From the NCBI GenBank assembly GCA_963666115.2, contig CAXXET010000004.1, positions 416,001 through 480,000 on the forward strand: a stretch of 64,000 bases of DNA, written 5' to 3'. This document shows positions 59,549 through 64,000 of this stretch, one piece after another. The translations under genes and the position numbers were made by a program. The first letter of the stretch is position 1; each line of letters starts with the position of its first letter. This DNA is from Dehalococcoidia bacterium (GTDB taxonomy: Bacteria > Chloroflexota > Dehalococcoidia > UBA6926). The notes beneath the pieces are model-generated. The model was not told the origin of the DNA, made no database searches, and worked only from the letters and a program-made list of their open reading frames with translations.

Positions 59549-60622
59549 CTAACCGGCGGTCATGGCCTCTGCCCTGCGGGCGGCAACGGCCTGTGTAAGA
59601 CGGTCGATGATGATGGCAAGAAAGACGATGGCGAGCCCGGCAAGGAGTCCGTTGCCGGGCTCATTCCTCTGCAATGCCCTGTTGACGTTGTCGCCGAGTC
59701 CGCCGGCGGCCACGAGGCTTGCGATGGTGACCATGGCGAGCGCCATCATCGTGGTCTGGTTGATACCGGCCATGATAGTGGGCAGGGCCATGGGAATCTG
59801 CACCTTGAGCAGTATCTGGCGCGGCGATGAGCCGAATGCGCGCGCCGCGTCCACAACTTCCGGCGAGACCTGGCGGATGCCAAGAATGGTGAGGCGGATA
59901 ACGGGCGGCGCGGCATAGAGGATGGTGGCGAACACGCCGGCGGGCTTGCCCAGCCCGAAGAACAGGATTCCCGGCAGGAGATAGACAAAGCTCGGCATCG
60001 TCTGCATCCCATCAAGGATTGGACGCAGGAACCCCTCGATGACGCGGCTGCGCGCGCCGATGATGCCGACGGGCAGGCCGATTGAGACTGAGATCGCCAC
60101 GGCCACAACCATGAGGGCGAGGGTGTCCATGGTGTTGTTCCACAGGTCCATGAACCCCACGAACAGGAGCGCGAGCACGCTGAACGCGAGGAGCGGCTTG
60201 CGCCCTACCGCATAGGCCAGGAGGCCAATGCCCGCAACGACGGCGGGCCACGGGAACCACTTCAGGACGCGCTCGATGTAGACGAGCGAATACGTGACGC
60301 CGGTGGCCATGGTGTCAAAGGCGAACGAGGCCGTCGTCGTCAGCCAGCCCACGCCGCTGTCGATACCGTCTGCCACGACCTCGCGCACGGTGGTCTCCAG
60401 CATGAATGAGCCGTCGGTAGACAGTTCGCTGCTCACGGTGGTCGGGAAATCCATGCCCGGGCCCCATACAGCGAGGGAAATAATCAGAACGAGGAGGACG
60501 AATGCCGCGCCGAACCACTGCCAACTGGGCAAATCCCGGCCGGCGGGCGCCTGTGGCCGCGCGTCAGTCTCTTCGGTCGTTGACGCGGCCTTGTCAACGG
60601 CGACGTCGTCTGTGCTAGCCAC
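59549..60622 (-). CDS. Glycine betaine/proline ABC permease (ProW-like)
   Basis: PILDGMQTMPSFVYL, RLTILGIRQV, GINQTTMMALAM. Confidence 0.92.
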   Translation of the reverse strand: MASTDDVAVDKAASTTEETDARPQAPAGRDLPSWQWFGAAFVLLVLIISLAVWGPGMDFPTTVSSELSTDGSFMLETTVREVVADGIDSGVGWLTTTASFAFDTMATGVTYSLVYIERVLKWFPWPAVVAGIGLLAYAVGRKPLLAFSVLALLFVGFMDLWNNTMDTLALMVVAVAISVSIGLPVGIIGARSRVIEGFLRPILDGMQTMPSFVYLLPGILFFGLGKPAGVFATILYAAPPVIRLTILGIRQVSPEVVDAARAFGSSPRQILLKVQIPMALPTIMAGINQTTMMALAMVTIASLVAAGGLGDNVNRALQRNEPGNGLLAGLAIVFLAIIIDRLTQAVAARRAEAMTAG

Positions 60623-61817
60623 TGTCGTCTCCGTTTTCTACCCCGCCGGACAGAAGCTCGTCGCGCCGGATTGCGCCGACGAGGACGCCGTCTTCAACGA
60701 CGGCCAGAGGATACGGCGCATCCTCGACAATCGGGAGGAGTTCATCGAGCGATGTATCCGGGTCAACGATGACGGGGTCCTGCAGCGCGGCGTCTTCCAG
60801 GGTCTCCTTATGGCGGTCGGCGAGCGATTCCACTTCCTGCTTGGTGAGCATCCCCTTCAGCCTGGAGCCTGCGTCCACCACGAAAAGGGCGTCGGTGTTC
60901 ATGTTCTCCATGATGACGAGCGCCGCGCCGGGGCCCTGCCGCGTGTGGATCGCGTCCGTCGCCTCGCTCATCACGGTGCGGGCCTGGATGAGGCGCGTCG
61001 AGGAGACATCGCGGACGAATTCGGTCACGTAGTCGTCGCTCGGCATGGAGACGATCTCATCCGGCGTTCCCTCCTGGATGATCTCGCCGTCGCGCATGAT
61101 GGCAATGCGGTTTCCGAGCTTGATGGCCTCATTGAGATCATGGGTGATGAAGATGATGGTCTTGTGCAGGTCTTCCTGGAGCGTGAGCAGTTCATCCTGC
61201 ATCTGGCGGCGGATGAGGGGGTCGAGTCCGCTGAACGGCTCATCCATGATGAGGACGGAGGGATCGACGGCAAGGGCGCGGGCAAGGCCGACGCGCTGCT
61301 GCATTCCGCCGCTCATCTCACGCGGGAAATAGCGTTCCCAGCCGCTGAGGCCGACCTTCTCAACCGTTTCATGGGCGACGCGGAGCCGCTCATCCTTGTC
61401 AACGCCCCTGACCTCAAGGCCGTAGGCGACGTTCTCCAGGACGCGGCGATGCGGCAGAAGGGCGTAGTTCTGGAAGACCATCGCGACGGTCGACCGCCTG
61501 AACTCCATGAGTCGATCCTGCGAGAGCTGGAGGATGTCCTCGCCCTCATAGAGGAGCTCACCGGCGGTGGGGTCGCTCAACCTGATGAGCGCCCTGGCAA
61601 GAGTGGACTTGCCGCTCCCGGAGAGTCCCATCAGGACGTAGACCTGGCCGCGGTCAACGCTGAAGGACACGTCGCGCAGCGCGGTGACGAGTCCCAACTC
61701 CTCCTGTATCTCCGCCCGTGACTTTTCGGTGTGCTCAGGATCGAGAGCCCGTTCGGGATTGTCCCCAAACACTTTCCATAGATTCTTCGCGTCTATCTGA
61801 CGTTCAGTTTCGATCAT
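60615..61817 (-). CDS. Glycine betaine/proline ABC ATPase with CBS domains (ProV-like)
   Basis: MGLSGSGKST, MSGGMQQRVGLARALA, MDEPFSGLDPLIR. Confidence 0.93.
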   Translation of the reverse strand: MIETERQIDAKNLWKVFGDNPERALDPEHTEKSRAEIQEELGLVTALRDVSFSVDRGQVYVLMGLSGSGKSTLARALIRLSDPTAGELLYEGEDILQLSQDRLMEFRRSTVAMVFQNYALLPHRRVLENVAYGLEVRGVDKDERLRVAHETVEKVGLSGWERYFPREMSGGMQQRVGLARALAVDPSVLIMDEPFSGLDPLIRRQMQDELLTLQEDLHKTIIFITHDLNEAIKLGNRIAIMRDGEIIQEGTPDEIVSMPSDDYVTEFVRDVSSTRLIQARTVMSEATDAIHTRQGPGAALVIMENMNTDALFVVDAGSRLKGMLTKQEVESLADRHKETLEDAALQDPVIVDPDTSLDELLPIVEDAPYPLAVVEDGVLVGAIRRDELLSGGVENGDDSG

Positions 61818-61980
61818 AACGTTGGCGCGCCAACTATCCTCCCCCCCTGATTGCGACAACATACTGTAACGGATTAGCCCGCAACCGTCCAATCGCGCGC
61901 CGGAGAGCAACTATTGGCGTCTTCATCCGATTCATGGCAAACTATACGGTGAGTCTTATAGGAATAACCAGGAGGGACAC

Positions 61981-63057
61981 ATGACGAGCAGACTTATGCT
62001 ACTTGCGCTAGCCGTCGTGGCAGGCCTGATGATCTTTGCGGCCTGCACAACCGAGGAAGACACACCTGTGCCGGCCGACGAGCCAACAGCGGCGCCGGTG
62101 GAAGAGGAGATGAGCAGGCTCGCCACCGTCATACAGCGTGGCAAGGTCATCTGCGCGATCAACACGGTGCTTCCCGGATTCGGCGCGCTGGACGCGAACG
62201 GAAACAACGTGGGCTTTGACATCGATCAGTGCCGCGCCGTTGCAGCCGCCGTTCTTGGCGACGCCAACGCGGTTGAGTATCGACAGACCACCGCCGCGCA
62301 GCGCGGGCCGGTCATGCAGTCCGGCGAAGTCGATCTGATGGTTCGGAATACAACGTGGACGACTTCCCGCGACGCGACGTGGGGCAACTTTGCCCAGACG
62401 ACGTTCTACGACGGGCAGGGATTCATGGTCCCGGCAGACCTGGGCGTGAGCGATCCGGTTGAGCTGGACGGCTCCAGCATCTGCGTGCTCCAGGGCACGA
62501 CGACGGAGCAGAACCTCCAGGACTTCATCAACCAGAACGGCCTGGACATCGAGGTTCTCACGTTCAGCGAGCAGCCGCCGCTGACGGAGGCATACCTGGC
62601 GGGACAGTGCCAGGGTGAGACGACCGACAAGTCCGGCCTCGTCTCGCTCCGCACGACGTATGACAACCCCAATGACCACGTCATCCTGGGCGCCACGATT
62701 TCCGAGGAGCCTCTTGGCCCCGTCGTGCCGCACGGCGACGACCAGTGGTACGACATCGTGAAGTCCGTCATCGCCATCCTGATCTACGCGGAGGCATTCG
62801 GGATCGATTCGATGAGCGTGCCGACGGCAGCGACGGGCGACACAGCAGTTGACCGGCTGCTTGGCCTGGGCGACACGAGCTGGGGCCAGGAAGCGCTGGG
62901 CCTGGAGCAGGACGTGGGACAGAAGGTCATCCGGCAGGTTGGCAACTACGGCGAGATCTACGACCGGCACCTGACGCCGCTGGGCGTCACCCGTGAGGGC
63001 AGCCGCAACGCGCTGTGGCTGAACGGCGGAGAGATCTACGCCGCTCCGCTCCGATAG
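61981..63057 (+). CDS. General L-amino acid ABC substrate-binding lipoprotein (AapJ/BztA-like)
   Basis: RNTTWTTSRD, FYDGQGF, ICVLQGTTTE, ISEEPLGP, VGNYGEIY. Confidence 0.92.
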   Translation: MTSRLMLLALAVVAGLMIFAACTTEEDTPVPADEPTAAPVEEEMSRLATVIQRGKVICAINTVLPGFGALDANGNNVGFDIDQCRAVAAAVLGDANAVEYRQTTAAQRGPVMQSGEVDLMVRNTTWTTSRDATWGNFAQTTFYDGQGFMVPADLGVSDPVELDGSSICVLQGTTTEQNLQDFINQNGLDIEVLTFSEQPPLTEAYLAGQCQGETTDKSGLVSLRTTYDNPNDHVILGATISEEPLGPVVPHGDDQWYDIVKSVIAILIYAEAFGIDSMSVPTAATGDTAVDRLLGLGDTSWGQEALGLEQDVGQKVIRQVGNYGEIYDRHLTPLGVTREGSRNALWLNGGEIYAAPLR

Positions 63058-63107
63058 ACAGCGGGACAAGCGCGTTCTGACGGCGTCCTGACGGACGCGA
63101 CAGGAGC

Positions 63108-63154
63108 GAATAAAGCGGGGGGCCGAATGCACGGCATTCGGTTCCCCGCTATTC
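63108..63154 (+). terminator. Long intercistronic stem-loop after the binding-protein gene
   Basis: AGCGGGGGGCCGAATGC-ACG-GCATTCGGTTCCCCGCT. Confidence 0.6.
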
Positions 63155-63164
63155 TATTGGCGAG

Positions 63165-64000
63165 ATGGCGGAACCAACACGAAGCTTCCTGACCTACCAG
63201 GGCATCCCTGTCTGGCGCCACGCGGTCATCATCAAGTGGGCGCTGCAGATGGTATCGGCTGTCGCCGTCGTCACGCTGGTCTTCTGGTTCTTCTCCAACA
63301 TCGCGTTCGCGATCAATGACCGCGAGATTCCCTTCGGGTTCTCGTTCCTGAGCCGCGCGTACGGCACGCCGGTTCCGGAGCACGTGCTGCCGTATGAATC
63401 GACGGACAGCTACGGCTACGCCCTTATCGTCGCCGCCGTCAACACAATCGTGTTGGCAATTGCGGGCGTGATCCTGGCAATTCTTCTCGGCACGCTCATC
63501 GGCATTGCGCGCATCTCCTCCAACTGGCTGGTCTCGCGCCTCGCCCTCGCCTACGTGGAGTTCTTCCGCAACGTGCCGCTGCTGGTGCAGCTTCTTTTCT
63601 TCTTCTACTTCATCCTGCTCCTGCCGCCGCTTGCGGAGAGCTACAACCCGTTCGGCGTCATGTACATCAACAACGCGGGCTTTGCCGTGCCGTCGCCCAT
63701 GCCCGCGGGCGAAACGGCATTCGCGATTGCGTGGGGCGTCGTGGCACTGGTCGGCATCGCGGCGGGGTTCGCTGCGCACAGGTCCCTCTCACGGCGGGAG
63801 ACGCTGACGGGGCGGGTGTCCTATCCGTTGACGGCGGGCATCGCTGTGGCCGCCGGCATCGCGTTTGCAGCGTGGCTCGCGATTTGGGCGCTCGCCGGGG
63901 AGGCGCCGCTTGCAATCAGCACGCCCGAGCCCGAGGGGCGATTCGGCAGGATCGAGGGCGGTCTGCGCGTCCGGTCCGGGGCGATCGTGATGCTGATCGG
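63165..64000 (+). CDS. Amino acid ABC permease (AapQ/BztB-like), truncated by window end
   Basis: FGFSFL, GIARISSNWLV, YVEFFRNVPLLVQ; frame open to the end. Confidence 0.9.
   Translation, partial: MAEPTRSFLTYQGIPVWRHAVIIKWALQMVSAVAVVTLVFWFFSNIAFAINDREIPFGFSFLSRAYGTPVPEHVLPYESTDSYGYALIVAAVNTIVLAIAGVILAILLGTLIGIARISSNWLVSRLALAYVEFFRNVPLLVQLLFFFYFILLLPPLAESYNPFGVMYINNAGFAVPSPMPAGETAFAIAWGVVALVGIAAGFAAHRSLSRRETLTGRVSYPLTAGIAVAAGIAFAAWLAIWALAGEAPLAISTPEPEGRFGRIEGGLRVRSGAIVMLI

Noticed and set aside
58425-61817. Functional link between the betaine/proline transporter and the PrdB/GrdB-like selenoprotein
   Set aside because: More than 56 kb apart with no shared regulatory signal.
1-64000. tRNA, rRNA, tmRNA, RNase P genes, transposases or prophage
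   Set aside because: No recognisable signatures found by eye on either strand.

Overview
High-GC bacterial chromosome segment, most likely Chloroflexota (Dehalococcoidia/SAR202-like; inferred from gene order, the Firmicutes-type S12 insertion, the T-box and fusA-rpsJ adjacency). Left to right: 3' end of a CoxL/XdhA-type Mo-hydroxylase; a hidden PrdB/GrdB-family selenoprotein (UGA read-through plus SECIS-like hairpin); a Trp T-box-controlled trp cluster (trpE-G-MFS-D, two antisense small genes, trpC-F-B, no trpA); a ~4 kb repeat-punctuated accessory island (orphan RM-type controller protein with intact C-boxes, lipoprotein, membrane/YebY-like fusion, mini HNH); holB, lysA, MBL hydrolases, M16 peptidase, rpsU; the str-S10-spc-alpha ribosomal superoperon through truA-rplM-rpsI (no tuf); a frameshifted MBL/AcuC/PGM run; rpiB, amidohydrolases, an aminotransferase, a ProVWX-like and an AapJQ-like ABC transporter. 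The most unusual unexplained signal is a set of related, co-oriented short palindromic repeats (dRS3/REP-like) that carry ~20-21 nt right-arm duplications, sit in local C-depleted halos on the + strand, and have invaded coding sequence. Two clusters of frameshifts (7.4-9.6 kb, 46.7-50 kb) are probably assembly errors. All coordinates were counted by eye; no database searches were run.
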